From assembly GCA_041641305.1 (NCBI GenBank), contig JBEPYN010000002.1, positions 288,001-352,000 on the forward strand: 64,000 nucleotides of DNA, given 5' to 3'. A model generated the notes under the pieces. That model searched no databases, had not been told where the DNA came from, and saw only the letters and a program-made list of their open reading frames with translations. The translations under genes were made by a program, and so were the position numbers. The DNA comes from Nitrososphaerota archaeon (GTDB lineage Archaea; Thermoproteota; Nitrososphaeria_A; Caldarchaeales; Caldarchaeaceae). The first letter of the stretch is position 1. Every line of letters begins with the position of its first letter. Below, piece by piece: positions 9,057 through 19,505 of this stretch.

Positions 9057-10109
9057 ATGGATTTCAACCAACTCCTCTCTATCATGGTGTCGACAGCAAA
9101 CTTTTACGCCATTTGGCTTATATTATCTCTTAGCCTCAACTACGAATACGGCTACACAGGTATTCTGAATTTCGGAAAAGTCTTATTCTTCAGTCTCGGC
9201 GCCTATGCATCCGGTTTTCTTGCAGCCAACATAGCCAACTTAATGGCGGGTGTTTCCGTTGACATTTGCAGCGTAGAGGCTGTACAGTTCCGGCTTGACA
9301 TGGCCAGCGCATCCCCTCATATGCCCTTTCTTTTGTTTACTGCTTCTCTCGTTCTTGGAGCTTCCTTGTCGGCCGCGGTAGCGTATCTGCTCTACCTTTC
9401 CACCTCACGAATAAAGGAGGGATTTGTTCTGGGTATAGTTCTTCTCGCTGCAGGTGAAACTTCACGCATAGTGGTGCGAAACTATGAACCGGTTGTCTGC
9501 GGATACCATGGGTTGGTGGGCATACCTAATCCCTACACAGCAGCAGGGGATCCAACAACCGCCTCTTACCTACTCAGCATAACTATCTGGATAATAGCAG
9601 GCTTAACGTTTGTCTTCGTAAACAGGCTGACCTCCACACCATATGGAAGAAAACTAAAAGCCATACGAGACAACGAGCTCGCCGCGGACATCTATGGAAA
9701 AAAACCTTCGCCCGAGAGGAGAAAAGTGCTTATGATAGGTTCTGCGATGGCTGGCGTAGCAGGAGTGCTTTACGCCTATTATCTTGGGTTTGTTGCTGCG
9801 GACGATTTCACTAGTCTAAAGACTTTCGACATATGGGTAGCTGTAATGCTCGGAGGTGTTGGCAATCATTTGGGCGCGGTGGTCGGCAGCCTTGCTGTAA
9901 CCCTTATTGACAGAGGTACAAGGGTGTTGCGCGGGTTCTTGGCCACCTTATCCATACCGCTGGAGACCCTCTATCTCCGGTGGATTATAGTCGGCGTCTT
10001 GATGCTGCTGATACTGTTGTACAGGCCGGCTGGAATATTTCCAGAAAAATCTATCAAGACGCCTGGATTACTTAGAATAATTGAAAAAATTAGGAGGGAG
10101 AAAACATGA
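9057..10109 (+). CDS. livM: Liv-type ABC permease (LivM-like)
   Basis: SLNYEYGYTGILNFG, GRKLKAIRDNE. Confidence 0.88.
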   Translation: MDFNQLLSIMVSTANFYAIWLILSLSLNYEYGYTGILNFGKVLFFSLGAYASGFLAANIANLMAGVSVDICSVEAVQFRLDMASASPHMPFLLFTASLVLGASLSAAVAYLLYLSTSRIKEGFVLGIVLLAAGETSRIVVRNYEPVVCGYHGLVGIPNPYTAAGDPTTASYLLSITIWIIAGLTFVFVNRLTSTPYGRKLKAIRDNELAADIYGKKPSPERRKVLMIGSAMAGVAGVLYAYYLGFVAADDFTSLKTFDIWVAVMLGGVGNHLGAVVGSLAVTLIDRGTRVLRGFLATLSIPLETLYLRWIIVGVLMLLILLYRPAGIFPEKSIKTPGLLRIIEKIRREKT

Positions 10110-10864
10110 ATGACTTGCTGGTGGTCGACAAGGTGTCAAAAAGCTTCAAAGAACTAAAGGCTTTAGACGAAATCTCAATCAGTATAAAACCTGGTCTAAT
10201 ATACGGAATAATAGGGCCCAACGGCAGTGGAAAAACAACTCTCTTCAACATCATCACCGGAGTGATTAAACCTGACAGCGGACGCGTTATCTTCGACGGA
10301 CAGAGAATTGATACGCTGGAGCCGAATATCATATACAACCTCGGAATAACAAGAAGCTTCCAACTACCTACTCTCTGGCTGAACATGAACGTCGCCGAAA
10401 ACCTTATGTTACCGCCTAAACAACAAGCTGGAGAAACCATTCGGAAAGCTTTTTTCAAAAAGGCGTGGAAAACACAGGACATACAATTGTCCGACTTTGT
10501 TTGGCAGACTTTAGAAACTCTGAAACTTAAACACGTTGCCTTGAATAAATCAAGCGAGATATCCGGAGGTCAGATGAAGCTTATCGAGCTTGGGAGAACC
10601 ATGATGAGCAGCCCGCGACTAATCTTGCTGGACGAGCCTACAGCAGGTGTAAATCCCGCTCTCGCTCTGGAAATTTTTAAGATAATTAAGGAAACAAATC
10701 AAGTCGTGGGATTAACCTATGTGATAATAGAGCATAGATACGACATATTGTTCGCTAACGCCGACTACATCTATCTACTTAACGAGGGAAAAGTTGTGTT
10801 AGAGGGACCTCCTGAAAAAGTAATCAATGACCCAGTGTTGGCTGAAGTTTATCTGGGTGCTTAA
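10106..10864 (+). CDS. livG: Liv-type ABC ATPase (LivG-like)
   Basis: GPNGSGKTT, SGGQ, LLDEPTAGVNP, IEH. Confidence 0.92.
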   Translation: MNDLLVVDKVSKSFKELKALDEISISIKPGLIYGIIGPNGSGKTTLFNIITGVIKPDSGRVIFDGQRIDTLEPNIIYNLGITRSFQLPTLWLNMNVAENLMLPPKQQAGETIRKAFFKKAWKTQDIQLSDFVWQTLETLKLKHVALNKSSEISGGQMKLIELGRTMMSSPRLILLDEPTAGVNPALALEIFKIIKETNQVVGLTYVIIEHRYDILFANADYIYLLNEGKVVLEGPPEKVINDPVLAEVYLGA

Positions 10865-10866
10865 AT

Positions 10867-11571
10867 ATGCTTTCTATTAGGGGCCTCTATGCGGGATATG
10901 GCAAGATAGCTATAGTGCAGGACTTTTCGCTGAATGTGTCGCAAAACGAGGTTGTCGCAGTTCTGGGCCCAAACGGAAGCGGGAAGAGCACGGTCTTCAA
11001 ATCAGTTTTCGGACTTGCCTCCATTCTCGATGGACACGTGTTTTTCAAAAATCAAGATGTGACATATCTCAGACGCGATTTGCTTATAAGAAGAGGTATG
11101 GCATATGTTCCACAGCTAAACAATGTATTCACAACCATGACTGTGGAGGATAATTTGGAGATGGGTGGGTTGGCTTCAGGTGGAAAAGTTAAGGAAAGGA
11201 TAAAGGAGCTGTATCAACAATTTCCCGTCTTAAAGGAGCGCCGGAACCAGAAAGCAGGAGTTTTGAGTGGGGGACAGAGGCAGATGCTTGCATTAGCAAA
11301 AGCTTTGGTAAGCAATCCTGAGATACTTATATTGGATGAGCCTACGGCTGGGTTGTCGCCTAAAACGTCTCTCCAAATAATCAATCATCTAAAGGAGCTT
11401 AGAAAAAACGGCCTCAGTCTAGTTATAATAGAGCAAAATGTTAAGAGAGCGCTGGAGATGGCTGACAAGGTGTGTTTGATGGCTGTGGGTAAGAAGATTT
11501 TCGAGGGCAAGCCCGAGGAGTTGGCTAGCAACCGCGAGATGGCGAAGCTTTATCTGGGGATAACTCAATGA
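10867..11571 (+). CDS. livF: Liv-type ABC ATPase (LivF-like)
   Basis: GPNGSGKST, LSGGQRQM, LDEP, EQN. Confidence 0.92.
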   Translation: MLSIRGLYAGYGKIAIVQDFSLNVSQNEVVAVLGPNGSGKSTVFKSVFGLASILDGHVFFKNQDVTYLRRDLLIRRGMAYVPQLNNVFTTMTVEDNLEMGGLASGGKVKERIKELYQQFPVLKERRNQKAGVLSGGQRQMLALAKALVSNPEILILDEPTAGLSPKTSLQIINHLKELRKNGLSLVIIEQNVKRALEMADKVCLMAVGKKIFEGKPEELASNREMAKLYLGITQ

Positions 11572-12515
11572 GCCTGAAATTCGACTTAACTGTTGGCCCT
11601 TTTTTAGAGTGTCCCAAAAACGCAGTGGAGTTGAGCATTTACAGCGAGAAGCTTGGGTTTAACGGTGTCTGGGTCACCCACGACCCCTTGTGGGAAAACT
11701 CATGGGTAATAGCTGGAGGCATAGCGGCCAACACTTCAAAAATTCAAGTGGGGCCGGGCATCGTTAACCCGTTCAGCTCGACAAAAGTTGAGATTGCAAT
11801 GGGTGCAGCCACACTTCAAAACCTTTCAAATGGTCGTGCTGTGCTCGGCTTCGGCCCCGGGTCTAGAAAAATGCTTGAGGAAAGCGGGCTAAGACACGTA
11901 AACCTTCTCCAGACTCTTGACGAATCTGTCACCTATCTAAAAGAAGTCCTCAACCCCGCAACATCTCCGCTGAAAAGCAAACCCGTAAAACCCGTGGAGA
12001 TATACATCGGCTGCCAGTCTCCTACCATGCTTCGTAGAATAGGCAAATGGAGAGTGGGAGGGCTTATGTTGCTTACTCCCCCAAGCTTCGGCGAGGATGC
12101 ACTCCGTTATGTAAAAGAGGGCTACAGCGGGCAAATTCCATCTGATTTTCCCGGAAACCAGATAGCGTCAATACTATGTTCAATCGATACCGATGAAAAC
12201 AATGCGCGAAAAAGCTTCGCAAAATTCATTATCCACATACTTAGGTATCTGGCGGAGGTTCAGCTGAGAAAAATATCGCTAGACTATGATGATGTGGTTT
12301 TGCTAGAGCAAATATACCGTGAAGAGGGGTGGGAGGCTCTTCCAGAGAAAATCTACAGTCTAGGAGCGGTGGGAGTAGAGGGTCTCATCAAGACTGTTGA
12401 AAATCTTCACAGTCTCGGATTTACGAGGTTCAAGATCGGATCGCCGCTCGGCCCCGAACCCCGAAACGCCGTCAAGCTCATAGCCGAAAAAGTGTTAAGT
12501 TATTTCAGGAATTGA
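11568..12515 (+). CDS. LLM-class (luciferase-like, Mer-related) flavin/F420-dependent oxidoreductase
   Basis: GFNGVW, VGPGIVNPFS, LSNGRAVLGFGPG, IYIG, GSPLGP. Confidence 0.85.
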   Translation: MSLKFDLTVGPFLECPKNAVELSIYSEKLGFNGVWVTHDPLWENSWVIAGGIAANTSKIQVGPGIVNPFSSTKVEIAMGAATLQNLSNGRAVLGFGPGSRKMLEESGLRHVNLLQTLDESVTYLKEVLNPATSPLKSKPVKPVEIYIGCQSPTMLRRIGKWRVGGLMLLTPPSFGEDALRYVKEGYSGQIPSDFPGNQIASILCSIDTDENNARKSFAKFIIHILRYLAEVQLRKISLDYDDVVLLEQIYREEGWEALPEKIYSLGAVGVEGLIKTVENLHSLGFTRFKIGSPLGPEPRNAVKLIAEKVLSYFRN

Positions 12516-12877
12516 CCGAGTTTCGCGGCCGTTTCTTTCAGTTTAGACAAGATATCGAGACCTGTGGGAGGGTTAAGCGCCACCACAAGAACCTTGTCAT
12601 CTACTGGGAGCACGATGACGTTCACCTTTTCCATCGATGCAAAAACATAGTCCAGCGCTCCATAATATGCCCTGTTTTTCAGAAGCAGTAAACCAAACCT
12701 CGCAGTCTCCACGTCCACCTCGGCCGAGACCTCGGGCGGGTCAATGGAAGCCACACCAGGCCTCATCCCACCGCCCAGCCGCTTGCAATCGCCATCAAAA
12801 AGCTCAGCATACCTGATGTCTCTATGTAAGGTAAAAACCTCTTCAACAAATTTTTCATAACCCAGTTTGTCTTTCAA
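12500..12877 (-). CDS. Roadblock/profilin-like small sensor protein (resembles thaumarchaeal DUF6659)
   Basis: DIRYAELFDGDCKRLGGGMRPGV pattern, 125 aa. Confidence 0.6.
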   Translation of the reverse strand: MKDKLGYEKFVEEVFTLHRDIRYAELFDGDCKRLGGGMRPGVASIDPPEVSAEVDVETARFGLLLLKNRAYYGALDYVFASMEKVNVIVLPVDDKVLVVALNPPTGLDILSKLKETAAKLGQFLK

Positions 12878-12914
12878 GACAGTTTATCATCCTTCCTTGC
12901 TTTAAAAATATTTT

Positions 12915-13904
12915 TCACAAACCTGTCTTCAAGCCGCCGAGGACACGTCCAGTGAACTCTATTGCTTTACCCAAGTCCTCCCCCAGGGGAGGCCCGATGT
13001 TAAAGTGTTTAACACCCATTCTCATTAACTCACGAAACCTGTGAAGAATTTTTTGAGGCTCATCGTAAGTAGAGGTTATTGCAAGGTTGAACATTTTGGG
13101 TGTAACAAGCTCGATCGCCTCATCAATCAATTGCTCGGCTACAAGTTTTGCTATTGATGTGAAATCTTGTCGGCTCAGTCCCGCAGTGTTTAAAACCTCC
13201 TCGGAGAGCAGCGGCCCGTAATATGCGATAAGCTCCCGCAATTTTCTGCATGAGTTTAGCTCCTCCTTTGTCTCCGCGACATAGTACCATAGGCAGGCTG
13301 ATATATCTATACTGCTAACATCTCTTCCAACTTTTCGAGCTCCTTCATGGATTATTGGCAAAAATTTTTGAGCCGATTCCGGAGGTATGATGAGAGGAAG
13401 ACCACCGTCCCCAATTCTGCCTATAGCCTCAACAGTTTTTCTCCCCTGTCCACCAATGTAGATGGGTATTTTATGCGATACTTTGAAGGTTAATGCATTT
13501 GGCGGCCCTGTCCCGTTGTCAAGAAGTTTACGTAGCTTGTCAACGGCTGCGTAAAGTCCTTGCAGTGGTTTGTCAACGTTTAGGCCTGCCCATCTGAGTG
13601 TTTCAGGCGCCCCAACACCTATCCCCAGACAAAATCTTCCACCACTAAGCTCAGCCAAAGTAGCCGCCCGCATAGCTATCTCGACAACATTAGAGCTGAA
13701 AGGGTTAACGATAGCGGTGCCTAGTTTAATCAAAGACGTCGAAGCTGCAGCGGCTGATAAGACAACCCATGCATCGCGTTTGAACAGGTCCTCACAGTAC
13801 CAGAAGCCGTCGAAGCCGGTGTTTTCGCATAGTTCCGAAAGCTTGACTGCGGTGCGTGAGTCGCAGAGGTCGCTGTTAAGCCTAATGCTCAGAACAGTGT
13901 TCAA
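12915..13904 (-). CDS. LLM-class (Mer-related) oxidoreductase
   Basis: GFDGFWYCED, LGTAIVNPFS, LSGGRFCLGIGVG, IPIYIGGQG, GPPLG. Confidence 0.87.
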   Translation of the reverse strand: MNTVLSIRLNSDLCDSRTAVKLSELCENTGFDGFWYCEDLFKRDAWVVLSAAAASTSLIKLGTAIVNPFSSNVVEIAMRAATLAELSGGRFCLGIGVGAPETLRWAGLNVDKPLQGLYAAVDKLRKLLDNGTGPPNALTFKVSHKIPIYIGGQGRKTVEAIGRIGDGGLPLIIPPESAQKFLPIIHEGARKVGRDVSSIDISACLWYYVAETKEELNSCRKLRELIAYYGPLLSEEVLNTAGLSRQDFTSIAKLVAEQLIDEAIELVTPKMFNLAITSTYDEPQKILHRFRELMRMGVKHFNIGPPLGEDLGKAIEFTGRVLGGLKTGL

Positions 13905-16306
13905 CTTTGGTTTTTGATGAGGTGCCAGAGGGTTGATGGTTTGATGTGGCTGCTTACTATCTTGACCCCAAGCGCGTCCTCGATCGCGGCGGCTATCGCG
14001 GCGAGCGGTGATCCGCCGCCTTCTCCGACACCTCTCGTACCAAGAGGACTCGTGAGACTGGGTATGCCGAGGCTCGCTATTTTCTCTATCATGGGGACAT
14101 CGGCGGCTGTGGGTGCGAGGTAGTCGGCCAGGCTGGAGTTGAGGAGCTGTCCATCCTCGGAGTATTCGAAGTTTTCGTAAAGGGCCGCGGCGATGGCGTT
14201 GAACGCGGAGCCTATCACCTGTCCTCTGACTATCAGTGGATTAATCTCTCGGCCGCAGTCATCCACTATCGCGTAATCTAGAATCTTGACAGCCCCCGTC
14301 TCTGTATCTACTTCGACAACAGCGGCGTGGACTTGGTAAGAATAAGTGAGGGTCAGGTTGCCTCTTTTTTCTTCGGGGTCTGGGTAGGTGAAATCCGGTG
14401 CATAAACCGCGTGAGCGAACAGCCCTGGCTCTATGCCTTTGGGCAGTAGCCGTAGGTTTGACCACGCAACGTTCGCTATTTGCCAGATGGGTATTTTCTT
14501 GTCGCCGGAGATTGTAGTTACTTCACCGTTCTTGATGGTGAGGTTTTTCACATCGGTCTCCAGGAGCGCAGCCGCTATCTGGAGAACTTTGGCTCTAAGA
14601 GCTTGTGCCGCCTTGACGACAGCCGTTGCACCGAGGGCGGCAAACCGGCTCGCATACGTTCCTGAGTGTCCTGAGAACGGGTTGCTGAAGGAGTCAAACC
14701 CTATCAAAACCGTTACCATGTCTGGTGTAACTCCCAGCTCGTCGGCAACCAGCTGCCTAACCACGGTCTCGTGACCCTGTCCCTGAGGACTGCTGCTGAC
14801 AGCTGCTATGATGTTGCCCATGTTGTCGATTTTAACCCATGCCGCTTCACTGCCTCCAGACATGGGGAAGTTGGGATTAATTATCCTCACTTGGCCGAAG
14901 TTGTTTGAACCGGAGTCAAGGGTTACTCCTATTCCGATGCCGATACGTTTTCCACCGTCTGATTGCTGTTCTTTAATTTTACGCCATTTATCATAGTTAA
15001 TCAGCTCTAAGGCTTTGATGGTGGCCAGTTGGTAGTCTCCGCCGTCGTAGACACAGCCGCTCGGGGTCGTGTACGGCATCTCCTCTCTACGTATGTAGTT
15101 ACGCATCCTTATCTCGACGGGGCTTATGCCAAGTTTTTTGGCCGCAATATCCATGATTCTCTCTATCATCCACATGTGCTGCAGTCGGGAATAGCCTCTG
15201 ACAGGGCCTGTTGGACACTTGTTGGTGGTCACCGAGTAAAAATCTACGTAAAGGTCCTTGAATCTATAGACGTTGCACGAGACCTGTGCCCATATCACCG
15301 CTCCCAGAGGTTCATAGCGTGGATAAGCACCTATGTCATCAATTGCTTTAACCTTCAAGCCGAGCAGGGTACCGTCCCGCTTAAATCCCGCTTTTACGTG
15401 GAAGGTGCGTTCGTTGCAATGCGATGACGAGGCTGACAAATTTTCTCTCCTCGTCTCCACCCATTTGACTGGGCGTCGGACAAGCATCGACACGGCGCCC
15501 AGCAAAGTCATGTAGACATAGTTGTTGATCTTGGTTCCGAAACCTCCTCCGATATCTCTGCTTATCATCCTAATTCTGCTCAAGGGTTTGCCTAAGGCCA
15601 CGCTTATCATGAATCCTACAACCATGGGCATCTGGTTGGGTGCGTAAATTGTTAAGATATCATCTTGTGCATTATAGTCTGCGACTACGACGTTGTTCTC
15701 AAGAGGTATAGCGCTGTATCTGTTGAAACGTAGTGTCTCCTCGATGATTACCTCAGCTTTAGCAAGAGCTTTCTCGATGTCACCATAGTTATAGACACCA
15801 TGCCACACCACGTTGCTTCCCAACTCTTCATGAACAACCGGTGCATCGGACTCCAGTGCTTTTTCACCATCCACCACCGCTTGCAGTGGCTGGTACTCCA
15901 CCTCTATTTGCTCAAGCGCATCATATGCTGTGTACATGTCTTCTGCGACGACGACAGCCACTGGCTCGCCCATGTAGCGAACCTTGTCGACTGCCATGCA
16001 GTAATCCTTTATCCTATCTGCTGGAGGTGGAGCGACTTGTGGAAAAGGATTGGTTATAGCCGCTATGTCTTTGCCTGTGACGACTTTAATCACGCCCGGT
16101 ATCTTCTCAGCCTTTGACACATCGATGTTCTTAATATAAGCGTGGGCGAACGGGCTTCTGAGTATAGCCGCGTAAACCATGTCCTTTAAACGAAGGTCAT
16201 CGGTGAACTGGCCTTTGCCGGTTATCAACCGCCTGTCCTCATATCTTTTGAGAGGCCTACCGACCCAACCCACTTCCTCCACTTTTTCCTCGAGATAGAG
16301 AGACAC
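13901..16306 (-). CDS. Xanthine dehydrogenase family molybdopterin-binding large subunit (CoxL-like, not a form I CODH)
   Basis: RYEDRRLITGKG, GGGFG, QGQGHET, GTYASR, RGVGEGG. The active-site loop is PTGPVRGYSR rather than AYxCSFR. Confidence 0.92.
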   Translation of the reverse strand: MSLYLEEKVEEVGWVGRPLKRYEDRRLITGKGQFTDDLRLKDMVYAAILRSPFAHAYIKNIDVSKAEKIPGVIKVVTGKDIAAITNPFPQVAPPPADRIKDYCMAVDKVRYMGEPVAVVVAEDMYTAYDALEQIEVEYQPLQAVVDGEKALESDAPVVHEELGSNVVWHGVYNYGDIEKALAKAEVIIEETLRFNRYSAIPLENNVVVADYNAQDDILTIYAPNQMPMVVGFMISVALGKPLSRIRMISRDIGGGFGTKINNYVYMTLLGAVSMLVRRPVKWVETRRENLSASSSHCNERTFHVKAGFKRDGTLLGLKVKAIDDIGAYPRYEPLGAVIWAQVSCNVYRFKDLYVDFYSVTTNKCPTGPVRGYSRLQHMWMIERIMDIAAKKLGISPVEIRMRNYIRREEMPYTTPSGCVYDGGDYQLATIKALELINYDKWRKIKEQQSDGGKRIGIGIGVTLDSGSNNFGQVRIINPNFPMSGGSEAAWVKIDNMGNIIAAVSSSPQGQGHETVVRQLVADELGVTPDMVTVLIGFDSFSNPFSGHSGTYASRFAALGATAVVKAAQALRAKVLQIAAALLETDVKNLTIKNGEVTTISGDKKIPIWQIANVAWSNLRLLPKGIEPGLFAHAVYAPDFTYPDPEEKRGNLTLTYSYQVHAAVVEVDTETGAVKILDYAIVDDCGREINPLIVRGQVIGSAFNAIAAALYENFEYSEDGQLLNSSLADYLAPTAADVPMIEKIASLGIPSLTSPLGTRGVGEGGGSPLAAIAAAIEDALGVKIVSSHIKPSTLWHLIKNQS

Positions 16307-16409
16307 AACTGGCTCTTCTTCTTCCCGATTATAAACTTTAGCGAGGTGAATGTGCTGGTTGAAATGTTCTTAACAATATTTAAATTCACCCATTCAGCTC
16401 CATGACGGC

Positions 16410-17693
16410 ATGAACAATAAAATCAGCAGAAGAAAAGCAGTTAGCACAGCTGCGGCCGTTGGCGCGGTTGTCGGGGTCGGAGTGGTGGCAGGTGCGGCAG
16501 GGTTTTTCGTCGGTTCATCTGCTCCGAGGGAGCAAAGAACAGTTACTCTTACAAACCAGGTAACACAGACCCAGACCGTAACCGCATCCAAGCTTCCCAG
16601 AGAAATCAAGATAGGTGTTCTCCTACCGCTCAGCGGGGACATCGGCCCAATAGGTAGTAAAATGCTCAACGGCGCGAAATTCGCTGCCAAGATGCTCAAC
16701 GAGTGGGGCGGTATAGCTGGCAGCACTGTGTCGATAGCGGCCGAGGATACGGTTGGAGAGCCGACCAAGGCTCTCGACGCGGTCAAGAAACTCGTAGAAG
16801 TTGACGGGGTTCAGGTGATAGCTGGTCCGGCTACAAGTGTCGAATTCCTGACAATAGCTGATTACCTGAAGTCGAGAAGAGTGCCTGCCATATCGATGTC
16901 CGCCACTGCGGCGGCGATTTCTGAAATAGGCGGCGACTATATTTTCCGTGTTGTTCCAAGCGACGCCGAGCAGACGAGAGCTCTCGCCGACCTCATAACA
17001 GCAAAGGGTGTAAACCGTTTAGCAACCTTCGTCGTGTCCAACGACTATGGCATAGGTATAGAGGAGGGGCTGAAAAAACATTTGGGCAATAAAATAGTTA
17101 TCAGTATCAGATATGACCCAACAAAAGGAGACTATCGTGAAGAGTTGAACCGAGTCAAACAGGCTAACGTGGACGCGGTTCTATGGGCGATGTGGGTCGA
17201 CAGCGGCATAGTTGTTTTCAAACAAGCCTACGACCTTGGGCTCACCAACATCCTAAGCTTCGGTGGAGAAGGCATGAGCGACAAAGCCTTCTTCGCAGAC
17301 GCGAAAGCAGCCGAATACCTGCTACTAACACAGATGACTGGAACAAAACCAGCACCATCCGCAGAATCACTTTCATCGAAACGATTCGTGGAAACATACC
17401 GTAGAGAATTCGGAGAAGACCCAGGTCTCTTCGCGGACACCACATACGACTCCACCATGGTGTCAGCTCTTGCGGTGGCGTTAGCAGGCGAATACAACGG
17501 CGCCAAGATAGCATCGATGGTCAAGGCGGCAGCCTACCACTACATAGGCCCAAGCGGGCAGAAAATGATGAACGAGTCGGGAGACGCGGAGCAGGCTTCT
17601 TACGAGATATGGCGCGTAGTCAAGGACGGCGACTATGACTTCAAGAAGATAGGCAGCTGGGATTCAGTCATCGGTCTCAACCTAACCACCTAA
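16410..17693 (+). CDS. Liv-type ABC substrate-binding protein 2 (twin-Arg-like SRRKAV N-terminus)
   Basis: IKIGVLLPLSG, EDT, IAGP, YIFRVVPSD. Confidence 0.9.
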   Translation: MNNKISRRKAVSTAAAVGAVVGVGVVAGAAGFFVGSSAPREQRTVTLTNQVTQTQTVTASKLPREIKIGVLLPLSGDIGPIGSKMLNGAKFAAKMLNEWGGIAGSTVSIAAEDTVGEPTKALDAVKKLVEVDGVQVIAGPATSVEFLTIADYLKSRRVPAISMSATAAAISEIGGDYIFRVVPSDAEQTRALADLITAKGVNRLATFVVSNDYGIGIEEGLKKHLGNKIVISIRYDPTKGDYREELNRVKQANVDAVLWAMWVDSGIVVFKQAYDLGLTNILSFGGEGMSDKAFFADAKAAEYLLLTQMTGTKPAPSAESLSSKRFVETYRREFGEDPGLFADTTYDSTMVSALAVALAGEYNGAKIASMVKAAAYHYIGPSGQKMMNESGDAEQASYEIWRVVKDGDYDFKKIGSWDSVIGLNLTT

Positions 17694-17707
17694 CCGACAG
17701 CACTAAA

Positions 17708-18616
17708 TTGATTTTTGACACATCACTAATCCAGACGCTGTTAAACGGACTGATAACTGGCAGTATCTACTTTATGGTATCAATCGGCCTCACTCTACAA
17801 TATCAGCTGATGAAGTTTCCAAATCTAACCCACGCGGAACTATTCACTATAGGAGCCTTCATCACCTACATTTTTGCAGACATCGTAGGACTCGGTTACT
17901 GGCTATCTCTTCCCATAGCCGCGGTATTCACAGGCGGGGTTGCGGCGTCAATCTACCTGGCCGTTTTCAAGCAGCTGATTAAAAGAGGCGCTTCGCTGTC
18001 GCATCTCATCATCGCCGCAGCTGGAATGGGTATATTTTTGAGATATGTGATGTGGGAGGCCGCGGGACGACGTTCTTACTTTTATTCAGAATTCTTCTCC
18101 TCCTACGACATAGGGCCAATAAGAATATCCGTTTTATGGATAGCCATAGTCATCGTAGCAGCATTAACCGCGCTTATGCTGCTTCTTTTATTCACGCGCA
18201 CATTGTTCGGAAAAGCCGTGCGAGGTCTCTCGAGCAACCCCTTGCTCGCACGCGTTTCAGGAATTGACGCCGATAAAATGACAATCCTCGTGTGGGTTCT
18301 ATCCGGTGTTCTGGCAGGTCTTGCAGGCAGTCTTAGAGCCGCCGATACACGGCTCACTCCCGAACTGGGGGTAGAGGTGCTGATACCCATGTTTGCAGTA
18401 ACAGTACTCGGAGGAATAGGAAGCGTATCAGGCGCCTTTATAGGAGCCTACATACTTGGGCTGACTGAGAGCTTCGGAGTCGTAGCGCTCAGCTCGCTCG
18501 GCCTCCCCACAGAATATAAAGCCCTCACAGCGTTCGCAATTCTCGTAATCACAATCCTAATTCTGCCAACAGGCCTAAGCTCCATCATATCAAAAGAGCG
18601 GACCAGACGTGATTAA
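17708..18616 (+). CDS. livH: Liv-type ABC permease (LivH-like)
   Basis: NGLITGSIY, IGLTL, GKAVRG...SGID. Confidence 0.88.
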   Translation: MIFDTSLIQTLLNGLITGSIYFMVSIGLTLQYQLMKFPNLTHAELFTIGAFITYIFADIVGLGYWLSLPIAAVFTGGVAASIYLAVFKQLIKRGASLSHLIIAAAGMGIFLRYVMWEAAGRRSYFYSEFFSSYDIGPIRISVLWIAIVIVAALTALMLLLLFTRTLFGKAVRGLSSNPLLARVSGIDADKMTILVWVLSGVLAGLAGSLRAADTRLTPELGVEVLIPMFAVTVLGGIGSVSGAFIGAYILGLTESFGVVALSSLGLPTEYKALTAFAILVITILILPTGLSSIISKERTRRD

Positions 18617-19505
18617 CATAGAATTCATCCTCGATACATTAGTTTTAACCATTTTGTTTGCAATAGTAACACTCAGTTTAAACCTGAAATATGGATACAC
18701 CGGATTACTCGACTTTGGAAAGGCAGCCTTTTTCGCAACAGGAGCCTATGTATCAGCGATAATGGCCACCAACGGATATCCACCAATCTTAGGAATGTTT
18801 ACGGCTATGATTATCGCTGCACTACTGGGGCTGCTGATATCCATTCCCGCTATAAGAGTGCGCAGCGACTACCTTGCAATAATAACTCTGGTCTTCTCTG
18901 AAACCATCCGAATAATTTTGAAGAACGAGTCATGGATAGCTGGCGGCGTCTTAGGGATAAGAGGTATACCTCCTCTCCTAGACCCGAGAACAACACCATA
19001 CCAGATGTACCTGCTAACACATCTAATGATTGCGCTGGTGTTATACATTGTGTTTTTTACTGTAAGTTGGCTTATCACTAACTCACCTTTCGGAAGGATT
19101 TTGAGGGCGATAAGAGAGGACGAGGTAGCCTCAGCGATGTATGGAAAAAACAATACAGTAGTAAAAGCCTTTGTTTTCGGTTTCTCGTGCTCGATGGCCG
19201 CGGCAGCGGGTAGCCTATACGCCCATTATGTCGGCTTCGTTTCACCAGACCTCTTTGTGCTCGCGATAACACTCCAAGTATGGATAATGAGCATCATCGG
19301 CGGCCCATCAACTATAACAGGCAGTTTCATAGGAGCATTAACCGTATTATCCATAGCACGTGGAACAAGAATAATAAAAGACTACCTAAACCTTCCAATA
19401 GACCCCAACAACACCATGTTCATACTCACCGGAATTCTCCTCATCATAACAATAATGTTCAGACCCACCGGTCTAGTAAAAGAGGGGAAGATAAAAATTG
19501 CCTAA
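18609..19505 (+). CDS. livM: Liv-type ABC permease (LivM-like)
   Basis: SLNLKYGYTGLLDFG, SDYLAI, GRILRAIREDE. Confidence 0.88.
   Translation: MINIEFILDTLVLTILFAIVTLSLNLKYGYTGLLDFGKAAFFATGAYVSAIMATNGYPPILGMFTAMIIAALLGLLISIPAIRVRSDYLAIITLVFSETIRIILKNESWIAGGVLGIRGIPPLLDPRTTPYQMYLLTHLMIALVLYIVFFTVSWLITNSPFGRILRAIREDEVASAMYGKNNTVVKAFVFGFSCSMAAAAGSLYAHYVGFVSPDLFVLAITLQVWIMSIIGGPSTITGSFIGALTVLSIARGTRIIKDYLNLPIDPNNTMFILTGILLIITIMFRPTGLVKEGKIKIA

Noticed and set aside
11568-13904. Methanogenesis-type Mer
   Set aside because: These are Mer-like LLM folds, but divergent and in transporter or catabolic context with no H4MPT pathway genes.
13901-16306. Aerobic CO dehydrogenase CoxL
   Set aside because: Lacks AYxCSFR (form I) and AYxGAGR (form II); no coxM, coxS or accessory genes are adjacent.
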